Under the pieces are notes generated by a model. It was not told where the DNA came from. It saw only the letters and a list, made by a program, of their open reading frames with translations, and made no database searches. Both the position numbers and the translations under genes were made by a program. Shown here piece by piece: positions 27,132 to 37,188 of a DNA stretch of 64,000 bases. Numbering within the stretch: position 1 is the stretch's first letter; each line of letters opens with the position of its first letter. The stretch covers positions 696,318 through 760,317 of the forward strand of contig CAWHER010000001.1 in the NCBI GenBank assembly GCA_963828605.1, written 5' to 3'. This DNA comes from an uncultured Actinomycetota bacterium (lineage in GTDB: Bacteria > Actinomycetota > Actinomycetes > Mycobacteriales > QHCD01).

Positions 27132-29195
27132 ATGACAGCCCTGCTCCAGATCACCGACCTGTGCACCCGGATCACGCGCCGGCACGACGCCGTCCGCGCG
27201 GTCGACGGCGTATCGCTCACCGTCGACAGCGGCGAGGTGCTCGGGCTGGTCGGCGAGTCCGGGTGCGGCAAGACGATGACCGCACTGTCGGTGATGCGGC
27301 TCCTGCCGCCCGGCGGGAAGATCACCTCAGGCCGGATCACCTTCGACGGTGAGGAACTCACCTCCCGGACGGAGCGGGAAATGGCCGCGATCCGGGCCGC
27401 GCGCATCGCGATGGTCTTCCAGGATCCGCTGACGGCACTCAATCCGACGATGACGGTCGGGGCCCAGATCATCGAGGCCGTCCTCCTGCACCGTGACGTG
27501 TCGCGGTCGGCGGCCCGGCAACGTGCCGAGGACGTCTTCGACCTGGTGCGGATCCCGGCCGCCCGGAGCAGGTTGGGTGACTACCCGCACCAGTTCTCCG
27601 GGGGGATGCGCCAGCGGGCGATGATCGCCATGGCACTTGCCTGCGAGCCGGACCTCCTCATCGCCGACGAACCGACGACGGCGCTGGACGTGACCACTCA
27701 GCAGCAGCTGCTCAGCCTCTTCGACGAGCTGCGGAATTCGCTGCAGATGGCCATGATCCTGGTCACCCACGATCTCGGAGTGATCGCCGGCCGGGCCGAC
27801 CGGGTCAGCGTCATGTACGCCGGGAAGATCGTCGAAACCGCCGACGCGGAGGACCTTTTCGACGATCCGGGTCATCGCTACACCGAGGCGCTCTTCCGTG
27901 CCCTGCCCGACGGCGTACGCCGCACTGATCGTGAGTTGACGAGCATTCCGGGGCTTCCGCCCGACCTGGCGAACCTCCCGCCCGGATGCCGGTTCGCCCC
28001 GCGGTGCGCCCACCGCGCGGAGGACTGCGTGGCGGACGAACCGGTCCTACGCTTCGTGGACGGGGAGAGTGTCGAAGGGACCGGTGGTCCGGAGCACGGG
28101 TTCGCCTGCTTCCACCCGCCGGATCCGGGGATCAGGCCACCCCGCGGGTCGGCCGTTGCGCGCCCGCAGGACGAGCACGCCCCGGCTCCGGCCGATGTCG
28201 TACTGTCCTGCCGCAACGTCGTGCGCGACTACCGGCGCGGCCGGGCCGTGTTCGGCGCCCGGGGCCGCAGCACGATCAGCGCCGTCGCCGACGTGACCCT
28301 CGACGTGCTGCGGGGTGAGACACTCGGCCTCGTCGGTGAGTCCGGGTGCGGCAAGTCGACGCTGAGCCGGCTCCTGGTCGCCCTCGAGCGGCCCACCAGC
28401 GGGTCGGTGCTGTTGGGCGACACCGACCTCGCCCGCTGCGGCGAACGCGCGCTGCGGGCCCGTCGGCACGAGCTGCAGCTGGTCTTCCAGGACGCCGCCG
28501 CCGCGCTCGATCCACGGATGCGGGTGGGTTCGATCCTGGCCGAGCCGCTGCGGGTCCAGCGCTCGGGGACCCGGCAGGAGCAGCGCCGGGTGGTCGACGG
28601 CCTGCTCGACGAGGTGGGCCTCCCGGCCGGTTCGGTCGAGCGCTACCCGCACGAGTTCTCCGGCGGGCAGCGGCAGCGGATCGCCCTGGCCCGCGCTCTC
28701 GCGCTGCGGCCCCGGGTGGTCGTCGCCGACGAGCCGGTCTCCGCCCTGGACGTGTCCGTCCAGGCTCAGATCCTCAACCTGATGGCCTCGCTTCAGCGCG
28801 AACACGACCTCACCTATGTCTTCATCTCGCACGACCTCTCGGTCGTCCGCTACCTCGCCGATCGCATCGGGGTGATGTATCTCGGCAAGCTGGTGGAGCT
28901 CGGCCCCCGGGACGGCGTCGCCCAGGCGCCGCTGCACCCCTACACCCGTGGGCTCATCGACGCCGCTCCCGTCCCCGATCCCGGCGTCGAGCGGGCCAAG
29001 AAGGGTGTCGCCGTAGGGGGTGAGCCTCCGTCCGCCGCCGACCCTCCCTCGGGGTGCCGGTTCCGCACCAGATGCCCGCAGGCGGAGGAGATCTGCGGCC
29101 AGGTCGAGCCGCCGATGCGGCCGGCGGCCGACCCGCGGCACGTGGTCGCCTGCCACTTCCCGCTCGGCGAGATGCACAGCGGTCCGGCGGCGTAG
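27132..29195 (+). CDS. fused double-ATPase subunit of the peptide ABC transporter (DppD-DppF-like)
   Basis: There are two complete ABC cassettes: [28 protein letters not shown] and [28 protein letters not shown]. Each is followed by an oligopeptide-type C-terminal Cys motif ([18 protein letters not shown]). The RBS GAAGGA precedes the ATG at 27132. Confidence 0.92.
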   Translation: MTALLQITDLCTRITRRHDAVRAVDGVSLTVDSGEVLGLVGESGCGKTMTALSVMRLLPPGGKITSGRITFDGEELTSRTEREMAAIRAARIAMVFQDPLTALNPTMTVGAQIIEAVLLHRDVSRSAARQRAEDVFDLVRIPAARSRLGDYPHQFSGGMRQRAMIAMALACEPDLLIADEPTTALDVTTQQQLLSLFDELRNSLQMAMILVTHDLGVIAGRADRVSVMYAGKIVETADAEDLFDDPGHRYTEALFRALPDGVRRTDRELTSIPGLPPDLANLPPGCRFAPRCAHRAEDCVADEPVLRFVDGESVEGTGGPEHGFACFHPPDPGIRPPRGSAVARPQDEHAPAPADVVLSCRNVVRDYRRGRAVFGARGRSTISAVADVTLDVLRGETLGLVGESGCGKSTLSRLLVALERPTSGSVLLGDTDLARCGERALRARRHELQLVFQDAAAALDPRMRVGSILAEPLRVQRSGTRQEQRRVVDGLLDEVGLPAGSVERYPHEFSGGQRQRIALARALALRPRVVVADEPVSALDVSVQAQILNLMASLQREHDLTYVFISHDLSVVRYLADRIGVMYLGKLVELGPRDGVAQAPLHPYTRGLIDAAPVPDPGVERAKKGVAVGGEPPSAADPPSGCRFRTRCPQAEEICGQVEPPMRPAADPRHVVACHFPLGEMHSGPAA

Positions 29196-29258
29196 CTTCG
29201 GCTCTACGAGGGCGCACACGACGTGTCATCCGTCCGGAATCGACTTGAGGGAGCGCAG

Positions 29259-30155
29259 GTGCCGGCACCAGAGCCGCGGTTCGGCGGCCTTTACGTAGCC
29301 ACGACGACGACCTTCGACGACCGTGGTGACCTCGACCTCGAGGCCCATGCGGACCACTGCCGGTGGCTGGTCGACTCCGGTGTCACCGGCCTCGTCCCGT
29401 GCGGATCCCTCGGCGAATACGAGGCGATGACCGACATGGAGCGCATCGCGGTCGTCGAGACCACGATCCAGGCGGCCGGAGGCACCGATGTGGTGCCCGG
29501 CGTCTCCGCCAAGTCCGGCGCGGAGGCCCGCCGCTGGGCCGACCACGCGGCCGCGGCCGGCGCCACCGCCGTCATGTGCCTCCCGCCCACCTCGCACGCA
29601 CCCACCGATGCCGAGGTCGTCGCCCACTTCGCCGAGGTGGCCCAGGCCGGGCTGCCGATCATCGCCTACAACAACCCGTTCTCGACGAGGGTCGACCTGA
29701 CACCGGCGCTGCTCGAGCGGATCGCCGACGAGGTCGAGCTCGTCCGCGCGGTGAAGGAGTTCTCCCAGGACGTCCGCCGGGTCGCGGCGATCAGGGAGAC
29801 GGCGCCCCGGCTGGAGGTCCTCTGCGGCTGCGACGACGTGTTCGTCGAGTCGATGCTGATGGGGGCGACCGGCTGGATCGCCGGGTTCGTCAACGCCGTT
29901 CCCGCCGAGACGGTGGACCTCTACCGGTCCTGCGTCGAGGGCCGGTGGTACGACGCGGTCGCCACCTACCGGCAGATGCTGCCGATGCTGCGGTACGACG
30001 CGCTCCCCACCTTCGTGCAGGCCATCAAGGTCGCGCAGGAGGAGGCCGGCCGGCCGGGTGGCACGGTGCGGTTGCCAAGGCTCCCGCTCCCGCCGGACGT
30101 CGACAAGCACGTGCGCCAGGCGACCCGCGCCTTCCTCGCGACCGTCGGCCGATGA
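29259..30155 (+). CDS. DHDPS/DapA-family lyase; probable delta1-pyrroline-4-hydroxy-2-carboxylate deaminase-type enzyme
   Basis: It has DapA-family features (YVATTTTFDDRGDLDLEA...GLVPCGSLGEYEAMT...IIAYNNP...AVKEFSQD) and sits directly upstream of a hydroxyproline-epimerase-type gene. The start is the GTG at 29259, preceded by GAGGGAG; the alternative is the GTG at 29223. Confidence 0.7.
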   Translation: MPAPEPRFGGLYVATTTTFDDRGDLDLEAHADHCRWLVDSGVTGLVPCGSLGEYEAMTDMERIAVVETTIQAAGGTDVVPGVSAKSGAEARRWADHAAAAGATAVMCLPPTSHAPTDAEVVAHFAEVAQAGLPIIAYNNPFSTRVDLTPALLERIADEVELVRAVKEFSQDVRRVAAIRETAPRLEVLCGCDDVFVESMLMGATGWIAGFVNAVPAETVDLYRSCVEGRWYDAVATYRQMLPMLRYDALPTFVQAIKVAQEEAGRPGGTVRLPRLPLPPDVDKHVRQATRAFLATVGR

Positions 30156-31165
30156 GGTCGCGCCTGGCCTTCACCGCGGTGGACAGCCATACCGAGGGGA
30201 TGCCGACCCGCGTCGTCACCTCCGGGGTCGGCACCCTTCCTGGGGCGACGATGGCCGAACGGCGCCGGTACGTCATGGAGAAGCGCGACGACCTGCGCAC
30301 CCTGCTGATGTACGAGCCGCGTGGCCATGCCGCCATGTCCGGGGCGATCCTTCAGCCGCCGACGCAGGACGACGCCGACGTCGGCGTCGTGTTCATCGAG
30401 GTCTCCGGCTGCCTGCCGATGTGCGGCCACGGGACGATCGGCGTGGCGACGGTGCTCGTCGAAACCGGCATGGTCGAGGTCGTCGAGCCGGTGACGACGA
30501 TCCGCCTGGACACCCCTGCCGGGCTGGTGGAGGCGCGGGTGAGCGTCGACGGCGGGCGGGCGACGGCGGTCGAACTGCGCAACGTCCCGTCCTTCCTCGC
30601 CCTCGCCGATGCGGCGATCGAGCTGCCCGACGCCGGTCGGGTCGTTCTCGATCTCGCCTGGGGCGGCAACTTCTACGCGATCCTGCCCGGCGCGTCGCTC
30701 GGGCTCGAGGTGCGCCCGGCCGAGCACGACCGGATCATCACCGCCGGGCTCCGAATCATGGACGCCGTGAACGACCAGCTCTCCTTCGCGCACCCCACGA
30801 TGCCCGAGGTCGCCCACTGCGGCCACGTGATCTTCACCGCTCCCGGACATGCGGGCGCGAGTGCGCGCGGCGCCGTCGCGATTCACCCCGGCTGGATCGA
30901 CCGGTCGCCGTGCGGCACCGGGACCTCGGCGCGGATGGCCGCCCTTTTCGCCCGGGGCCGGCTCGGCATCGACGAGGCGTTCGTGCACGAGTCGCTGATC
31001 GGGTCGCGGTTCGAGGGCCGCCTCGTCGCCGAGGCCACGATCGGCGGCGTTGCTGCCGTCGTACCGACCGTGCGGGGGCGGGCATGGGTCACCGGTCTCG
31101 CGACCTACCTGCTCGACCCCACCGACCCCTATCCCGCCGGCTTCCTCATCGGACCTCGCGGGTGA
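30152..31165 (+). CDS. proline racemase family protein (4-hydroxyproline 2-epimerase / proline racemase type, Cys/Cys)
   Basis: FTAVDSHTEGMPTRVV, then the first catalytic Cys in SGCLPMCGHGTIG and the second in DRSPCGTGTSA. There is an ATGA overlap with the upstream gene. Confidence 0.85.
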   Translation: MRSRLAFTAVDSHTEGMPTRVVTSGVGTLPGATMAERRRYVMEKRDDLRTLLMYEPRGHAAMSGAILQPPTQDDADVGVVFIEVSGCLPMCGHGTIGVATVLVETGMVEVVEPVTTIRLDTPAGLVEARVSVDGGRATAVELRNVPSFLALADAAIELPDAGRVVLDLAWGGNFYAILPGASLGLEVRPAEHDRIITAGLRIMDAVNDQLSFAHPTMPEVAHCGHVIFTAPGHAGASARGAVAIHPGWIDRSPCGTGTSARMAALFARGRLGIDEAFVHESLIGSRFEGRLVAEATIGGVAAVVPTVRGRAWVTGLATYLLDPTDPYPAGFLIGPRG

Positions 31166-32331
31166 GCATCCCCCCGACGGCCGACGTCGTCATCGTCGGC
31201 GCCGGGATGATCGGCTGCGCGACCGCGGCGATGCTCACCGCGGCCGGCCGGCGGGTCTGTGTCCTCGACCGGACCGGTCCGGTGGCGGGAACGACGTCGG
31301 CGGGGGAGGGAAACATCCTGGTCTCCGACAAGTCGCCCGGAGTCGAGCTGGATCTTGCGCTGCGCAGTCTCGAGCTGTGGCACGCCGCCGCGGCCGAGTT
31401 CGGCCCCGGCATCGAGTTCGACGCCAAGGGCGGCCTGGTGGTCGCCACCGACGACACTCAACTGCGTGCGGTCGGGGACGCCGCCGCTCTCCTCCGTACG
31501 GCGGGCGTGACGGCCGACGCGTGCGATCCCGCCGGCCTGCAGGCGGTGGAACCGCAGCTGTCCCGCGACCTGCCGGGCGGGATGTGGTTTCCGCAGGATT
31601 GTCAGGTCCAGCCGATGGCGGCGGCCACGGCGTTCCTCGCCCACGCGGTCGCCGGCGGTGCGGTCATGGTGCCGGATGCACCGGTGGTCGGCGGCGACGT
31701 CCGCGCCGGACACTGCACGGCGGTGCGCACCAGCCGCGGCACGGTCAGCGCGGACACCGTCGTCATCGCCGCCGGTGTCTGGTCCCCGGAGGTCGCCGAA
31801 CACCTGGGCGGGCACGTGCCGGTCCGCCCACGGCGCGGTCACATCATCGTCACCGAACCGGTGCCGGCGCTGGTCCGGCACAAGGTCTACGAGGCCGACT
31901 ACGTCGACACCATCGCCTCGACGGACACGCTGTCATGCTCGGCGGTCGTCGAGGCGACGGCGAGTGACACCGTCCTGATCGGTTCCTGCCGGGAGTTCGT
32001 CGGCGTCGACCGCTCCCCCGACCGGGCCGTGCTGGCCGAGCTCGCCCGCCGCGCCGTTCGGCTGTTCCCCGCGCTGCGGACCGTCCGGGCGATCCGCTCC
32101 TACACCGGTTTTCGCCCGGCCAGCCCCGACAACCTCCCGATCATCGGGCCCGACCCGCAGGTGGGCGGCCTGCTCTACGCCACCGGCCACGAGGGCGCCG
32201 GCATCGGCCTCGCACCGGCCACCGCCGAACTGGTCACCGCACTACTCACCGGGACGGCGCCGGCCGTCGACCCCGCGGCGTTCACCCCGGCCCGGTTCGA
32301 CCGGTCGGGAGCGATGGGCGCGCCGGCATGA
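31162..32331 (+). CDS. FAD-dependent oxidoreductase (DAO family; beta-subunit type of D-hydroxyproline dehydrogenase / opine oxidase)
   Basis: VVIVGAGMIGCATAAML is a dinucleotide-binding fold, and the C-terminal HEGAGIGLAP is also present. There is a GTGA overlap with the upstream gene. Confidence 0.8.
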   Translation: MSIPPTADVVIVGAGMIGCATAAMLTAAGRRVCVLDRTGPVAGTTSAGEGNILVSDKSPGVELDLALRSLELWHAAAAEFGPGIEFDAKGGLVVATDDTQLRAVGDAAALLRTAGVTADACDPAGLQAVEPQLSRDLPGGMWFPQDCQVQPMAAATAFLAHAVAGGAVMVPDAPVVGGDVRAGHCTAVRTSRGTVSADTVVIAAGVWSPEVAEHLGGHVPVRPRRGHIIVTEPVPALVRHKVYEADYVDTIASTDTLSCSAVVEATASDTVLIGSCREFVGVDRSPDRAVLAELARRAVRLFPALRTVRAIRSYTGFRPASPDNLPIIGPDPQVGGLLYATGHEGAGIGLAPATAELVTALLTGTAPAVDPAAFTPARFDRSGAMGAPA

Positions 32332-32612
32332 GCGACCCGACCGGCCGGGTGCGGTTCTCCTTCGACGGCACTCCGATGACGGCACCGGCGGGATCGACGG
32401 TGGCCGGCGGACTTCTCGTCAACGGCGTCGTGGCTCTCCGGTCGACCCGGGTGGGTGCCCGACCGCGCGGCATCTTCTGCGGGATCGGGTGGTGCTTCGA
32501 CTGTCTGGTCGATCTCGACGAGCAGACGGCCGTCCGCGCCTGCGTCACGCCGCTGCCGGACGGTGTCCGGGTACGCCGGTCGCGGTCGGTGGGAGGCGAC
32601 CGTGCACGCTGA
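32328..32612 (+). CDS. small (2Fe-2S)-binding subunit
   Basis: The 94-aa protein has FSFDGTPMTAPAGSTVAGGLL...GIFCGIGWCFDCLV, as in the small subunits of opine oxidase, HCN synthase and heteromeric D-Hyp dehydrogenase. There is an ATGA overlap with the upstream gene. Confidence 0.7.
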   Translation: MSDPTGRVRFSFDGTPMTAPAGSTVAGGLLVNGVVALRSTRVGARPRGIFCGIGWCFDCLVDLDEQTAVRACVTPLPDGVRVRRSRSVGGDRAR

Positions 32613-34020
32613 CGTCGTGGTGATCGGCGCCGGCCCCGCCGGGCTGCGGGCCGCTCTGGCCGCCGCCGACCACGGCCTGCAGGTGGTGGTCGTCGACGGA
32701 AACGCCGCCGTCGGCGGCCAGTACTTCCGGCAGCGCCTGGTCGGGCCGGAAGCCGGCGGGTCCGCGGGCCTGCCCGGCCGGCTGGGCCGGGTCGGGGCAC
32801 ACCCCCGGGTGTCGGTCGTCCCGGGCAGCTGGGTCTGGGGTGCGGAGCGGAGTCCGACCGGCGTGCTGGTGCACGTCGACGGCGCCACCACCGGCGCCGT
32901 CACTGCGACCGCCGCAGTGGTCGCGACCGGCGCCGCGGAGCTCACGCTGCCCTTCCCCGGCTGGACGCTCCCCGGGGTGGTGACCCCGGGTGCGGCGCAG
33001 GCGCTGTGGAAGGGCCAGCGGGTGCGGATCGGCCGGCGGGTGGTCGTGGGCGGGTCGGGGCCGTTCCTGCTGCCGGTGGCCGCGGGGTTGTCGGGCGCCG
33101 GCGTCGAGGTCGCGGCGCTCGTCGAAGCCACCCGGCCGCGGTCGGTCGGCGGCGCTGCCTTCTCGACGCTGCGCCATCCGGCGCGGATCCGCGAGGCGGC
33201 CGGCTACCTGACCGGGCTGGCCCGCGCCGGTGTGCGGCCCCGCGGCGGCCGCGCGGTGATCCGGTGCGAAGGCACCGACCGGGTCGAGGCCGCGGTGGTG
33301 GCGCAGGTCGACCGGGACTGGAGCCCGATCCCCGGCACCGAACGGACGATCGCCGCCGACGCGGTCTGCGTGTCGTTCGGCTTCAGCGCCGCCCTGGACG
33401 TGTCCCGCAGTCTCGGCTGTGCCGACGTACCGCACCCCTCGCGGCCGGTCGGATCGGTGTGCCACGACGACGACCAGGCGACGACCGTCGAAGGGGTCTT
33501 CGCCGCCGGTGAGACGACGGGCGTCTGTGGCGTCCGCGTCGCCGAGGCGGAGGGCCACGTCGCCGGTGTCTCGGCGGCGCGGCTGCTCGGCGCGGTCACG
33601 GCCGCCGACCATGCCCGGGAGGTCCGGCCGCTGCGGCGGGTACTCACCCGGCAGCGCCGCTTCGCCGCCCTGCTGGACCGGCTCTATCCCCTGGGCTCCG
33701 GTTGGACGGACTGGCTCGAGGACGACACGGTCTTCTGCCGGTGCGAGGAGGTGCCGTGGCGCGCGGTGTCCCGGTCGACCGGCGGCGGGTCGACCGCGCG
33801 CACCGCCCGCGCGGTCACCCGGTGCGGCATGGGCTATTGCCAGGGGCGGATCTGCGGCCCGCCGTTGCAGAGCGCGCTGGCCCACCGGACCGGGAGGGAT
33901 CCCGCGGCGGTCGGCGACCTGCAATGGCGGACCATCGTGACTCCGACCCCGCTCGGCGTGATCGCGGACGCGGGCATCACGTCCGCAGCGGGTAGCGCCC
34001 GGCCAGCCGGGCCAGCTTGA
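32602..34020 (+). CDS. NAD(P)/FAD-dependent oxidoreductase (alpha-subunit type of opine oxidase / D-hydroxyproline dehydrogenase)
   Basis: VHADVVVIGAGPAGLRAALAAA is one dinucleotide fold and VVVGGSGPFLLPVAAGL is a second. The C-terminus has a Cys cluster (FCRCEEV...RCGMGYCQGRICG). The start is the GTG at 32602. Confidence 0.78.
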   Translation: MHADVVVIGAGPAGLRAALAAADHGLQVVVVDGNAAVGGQYFRQRLVGPEAGGSAGLPGRLGRVGAHPRVSVVPGSWVWGAERSPTGVLVHVDGATTGAVTATAAVVATGAAELTLPFPGWTLPGVVTPGAAQALWKGQRVRIGRRVVVGGSGPFLLPVAAGLSGAGVEVAALVEATRPRSVGGAAFSTLRHPARIREAAGYLTGLARAGVRPRGGRAVIRCEGTDRVEAAVVAQVDRDWSPIPGTERTIAADAVCVSFGFSAALDVSRSLGCADVPHPSRPVGSVCHDDDQATTVEGVFAAGETTGVCGVRVAEAEGHVAGVSAARLLGAVTAADHAREVRPLRRVLTRQRRFAALLDRLYPLGSGWTDWLEDDTVFCRCEEVPWRAVSRSTGGGSTARTARAVTRCGMGYCQGRICGPPLQSALAHRTGRDPAAVGDLQWRTIVTPTPLGVIADAGITSAAGSARPAGPA

Positions 34021-35167
34021 AGCCGACGTGCGCGGACAGCCGGTCCTCGCCATTGCGGAGATCGATCCCGGCGGCCTCCTGCGCCTTCTGCAGCCGGTAG
34101 TAGAGCGTTCCGCGGTGCAGATGTAACTTGCCGGCGGTCACCTGCGCGTCACACCCGCCGTCGAGATAGCACTCGAGCGTGTCGAGGATCCGGTCGTCCC
34201 CGGCGGCGAACAGCGCGGCCATCCGCGGGTCGATCGAGTCGACCATCGCCTCGACCGGCAGCTGTACGACGGCCCGCAGCGCACCCAGGCCCGACCACGC
34301 GGCGATCTCCCCGACCCGGGGCAGCTGGGCCGCGGCACGGGCGCTGAGCCGGGCCTGGCGGTAGGACAGTTGTGCGTCCAGCAGGCGCTCCTGCACCTCG
34401 CCGACTCCGACCACGACCCGCACCTCGCCGCCGTGGCGACGCATACAGTCCCGCAACTCCCGCCCGATCCGCATGGCGTGGCCGGCCCGGTCTCCCCCGG
34501 GCGCGAAGGTGAGCACCGCACCGTGGTCGGCGTAGGCGACGCCCAGGACCTCGCCGCGGACGTGAAGCCGGCTGACGTCCCGGATGCAGTCACCGACGAG
34601 CGTCCGGGTCGAGGAATCGGTCGACAGCGGGACGATGACGCTGACGACGACCGGCGAACCCGCCGGAACGATGCCGTCGTCCACGACCTGCGCGGCGGCG
34701 AGGGTGCGAACCTCCTCCGACTGCACCAGCAGATGCGCCAGCGCCGAACTCGCCAGCCGCTCGGCCAGCATCTCCTCGTGCATGAGGATCGCCGCGTGCC
34801 GGGACGTCTCTTCCGCGGCCGCCACCTGGGGCTCGGTCAGGGATTCGTCGTCGTCGATGAGCCAGAGAAACCCGTCCAGCCGGTCCCGGTGGCGGATCGG
34901 GATGCACAACCGTCCCAGGATCCCCCGCGACCGGTCGCGCGGAATCCGCACCGGTTCCGTGCAGGACACGATGCCGAACTTTCGGAACCACGCCCGCACC
35001 TCAGGACTCGTCCTGCGCTGCAGGATCGAATCGCGCCGTACGTCGTCGATCTGGTGCTGCTGGGACGAATAGACGATCACCCGGTGGTTGTCGTCCTCGA
35101 TGGTCGCCGGGAGGTCCAGCCGCTCGGCCAGATCGTCCACCAAAACCTGCAGGTCGCCGGAGAACAT
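33977..35167 (-). CDS. PucR/CdaR-family transcriptional regulator
   Basis: The C-terminal HTH is KLHLHRGTLYYRLQKAQEAAGIDL, preceded by a GGDEF-like/PucR middle region. It is convergent with the oxidoreductase operon and overlaps its 3' end. Confidence 0.85.
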   Translation of the reverse strand: MFSGDLQVLVDDLAERLDLPATIEDDNHRVIVYSSQQHQIDDVRRDSILQRRTSPEVRAWFRKFGIVSCTEPVRIPRDRSRGILGRLCIPIRHRDRLDGFLWLIDDDESLTEPQVAAAEETSRHAAILMHEEMLAERLASSALAHLLVQSEEVRTLAAAQVVDDGIVPAGSPVVVSVIVPLSTDSSTRTLVGDCIRDVSRLHVRGEVLGVAYADHGAVLTFAPGGDRAGHAMRIGRELRDCMRRHGGEVRVVVGVGEVQERLLDAQLSYRQARLSARAAAQLPRVGEIAAWSGLGALRAVVQLPVEAMVDSIDPRMAALFAAGDDRILDTLECYLDGGCDAQVTAGKLHLHRGTLYYRLQKAQEAAGIDLRNGEDRLSAHVGFKLARLAGRYPLRT

Positions 35168-35274
35168 CGCCGGACGATACCTGCGGATCGAGTCGATGAC
35201 GTTACGAAAGGAGCACGTTTATCACCGGCGATCACATCGCCGGTCCCTCTGTGATCAAGCGTCGTGCGCCCCCT

Positions 35275-35337
35275 CATTCCGCATCAACGTGACGTTGATG
35301 CGGCTAGAGCGCTTGAACGTGACGTTCATGCGGAATG
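35275..35337. repeat. 63-bp nested-palindrome intergenic element, copy 2
   Basis: The sequence is CATTCCGCATCAACGTGACGTTGATGCGGCTAGAGCGCTTGAACGTGACGTTCATGCGGAATG. It lies in the divergent region between the PucR-family gene and the phosphatase gene. Confidence 0.9.
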
Positions 35338-35404
35338 GGGGTGGGGTTTCGGCCGGCGAACGTCGATCGTCGGGCGTCGGCCGGCGTCCGTAGAATGACC
35401 GACC

Positions 35405-36145
35405 GTGACGGACACCGGACGCACGATCGTCGAACACGCCGAGCGCGACCTGCACTGGCCGGACTGCCTCAACGTCCGCGATCTCGGCGGGCTGCCGGTC
35501 GACGGCGGTGGCGCGATCCGGCGCGGTGCCCTGATCCGCGCCGACGCCCTGAGCCGGCTGACCGGCGAAGGCGTCGCCGCGGCCCGGGCGGCCGGGGTGA
35601 GCCGGGTGATCGACCTGCGGCGTCCCGCAGAGGCGGGGAGCGTGTCCCATCCGTTCGCCGGCGATCCCGTCTACCGCAACATCCCGGTCCAGAACCCCGC
35701 GGATCCCAACCACGAGTGGCTGACCCTCGCCGAGATCTACTGCACCATGCTCGACCTGCGCCCGGATCTCTTCGCGCAGGCGTTCGCGGCGGTGGCCGAC
35801 GCGCCGCCGGGCGCGGTCGTCGTGCACTGCGCGGGCGGCAAGGACCGCACCGGGATCATCACGGCGTTCGCGCTGTCCGTCGCCGGCGTCGCCGACGACG
35901 TCATCGCCGCCGACTACGCGCTGACCGAGGAGCGGTTGCGCGAGGACAGCCGTGCCTTTCTCGAACTGATCGACGATCCGAAGTTGCGCACCGTCCTCGC
36001 CGGGCTGCAGCCGACTCCGCCGACGATCATGCTCGACACCCTCGCCCACCTGCGCGAACGGCACGGCGGGGTGGCGCGCTACCTGCTGGCCGCCGGGGTG
36101 ACCGAGAGCCAGATTGCCGCGGTCCACGACCGCCTGACCGCCTGA
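35405..36145 (+). CDS. tyrosine-protein phosphatase (CX5R family)
   Basis: The active-site loop is VVHCAGGKDRTGII. The gene starts with GTG. Confidence 0.85.
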   Translation: MTDTGRTIVEHAERDLHWPDCLNVRDLGGLPVDGGGAIRRGALIRADALSRLTGEGVAAARAAGVSRVIDLRRPAEAGSVSHPFAGDPVYRNIPVQNPADPNHEWLTLAEIYCTMLDLRPDLFAQAFAAVADAPPGAVVVHCAGGKDRTGIITAFALSVAGVADDVIAADYALTEERLREDSRAFLELIDDPKLRTVLAGLQPTPPTIMLDTLAHLRERHGGVARYLLAAGVTESQIAAVHDRLTA

Positions 36146-36162
36146 TCGCCTCGTCGCGCGAC

Positions 36163-37140
36163 CTAGAGCGCCACGTCGATCCCGACGCCGGCGGACCGGG
36201 CGGCGGCCAGCACGAGGCCGGCCGCGGCGACGTCCTGTGCAGCGATCCCCACCGACTTGTAGAGCGTGAGCTGGTCGGCGGACGTGCGGCCGCGCCGGTC
36301 GCCGGCCAGCAGCTCGCCGATCTCGTGGACCTGGCCGGGCGCGAGCAGACCTTCGTCGATCGGCGCCAGCAGGTCCTGCGATCCGGCCGGCGGCGGAGCG
36401 AGAGCGGCGGCCCGGGACTCGACCACGACGAGGGAATCCGCCACGGTCGCGGAGTCGATCTCCCGCCCGGCGGTGTTGTATCCGACCGACGTCACGTGCG
36501 TTCCGTCGCGGAGGAAGTCCCGGGACACCACCGGCGTCGGCGAATGGGTGGCGGCACAGACGATGTCGGCGTCCGCGCAGGCGGCGGCGAAACCTCCGCT
36601 CGGCTCGACGTCGACGTGCAGGTCGGCGCGCAGGTCCGCCGCGAGTGCCGCGGCCCGGTCGGCATCGCGGCCGGCGACCCGGATCCGGCGGATCGGTCGG
36701 ACCCGGACCACGGCGTGCGCATGGGCACGGGCCTGAACCCCGGTCCCGAGTATCGCCAGCGTTTCGGCGTCCGGACGGGCCAGCAGGTCGGCCGACAGTG
36801 CCGACCCGGCGGCGGTTCGGACGGTGGTGATCCAGGTGCCGTCAAGCAGGGCGACCGGCTCCCCGGTCTCCGGATCGAAGGCGACCACGACCGCCTGATG
36901 GGTCGGGACCGGGGTCCCGGCGTTGCCCGGGAACAGACTCACCAGCTTCGTGGCGAGCCCACCGACGGGGAGGTACGCCGGCATCGCGGCAAGGAGACCG
37001 CGGTCAGGCACCGTGGCCGCGATCCGCGGCGGCATCGACGCCCGACCGCCACTCACGTCCCGCATCGCCGCCGCGAGTGCGACCCGCAATTCGTCGAGGT
37101 CGAGCAGGCTCCGCGTCTCAGCCCCGGTCAGTATCAGCAC
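36163..37140 (-). CDS. ornithine cyclodeaminase / mu-crystallin family protein (possible pyrroline-carboxylate reductase)
   Basis: MLILTGAETRSLL..., WITTVRTAAGSALSADLL and LAILGTGVQARAH are typical OCD/mu-crystallin motifs. Confidence 0.85.
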   Translation of the reverse strand: MLILTGAETRSLLDLDELRVALAAAMRDVSGGRASMPPRIAATVPDRGLLAAMPAYLPVGGLATKLVSLFPGNAGTPVPTHQAVVVAFDPETGEPVALLDGTWITTVRTAAGSALSADLLARPDAETLAILGTGVQARAHAHAVVRVRPIRRIRVAGRDADRAAALAADLRADLHVDVEPSGGFAAACADADIVCAATHSPTPVVSRDFLRDGTHVTSVGYNTAGREIDSATVADSLVVVESRAAALAPPPAGSQDLLAPIDEGLLAPGQVHEIGELLAGDRRGRTSADQLTLYKSVGIAAQDVAAAGLVLAAARSAGVGIDVAL

Positions 37141-37188
37141 GCCGCCCAGTCTGCATCGCGGGGACGAGCAAAAGGTGCGGCCGTGGCT

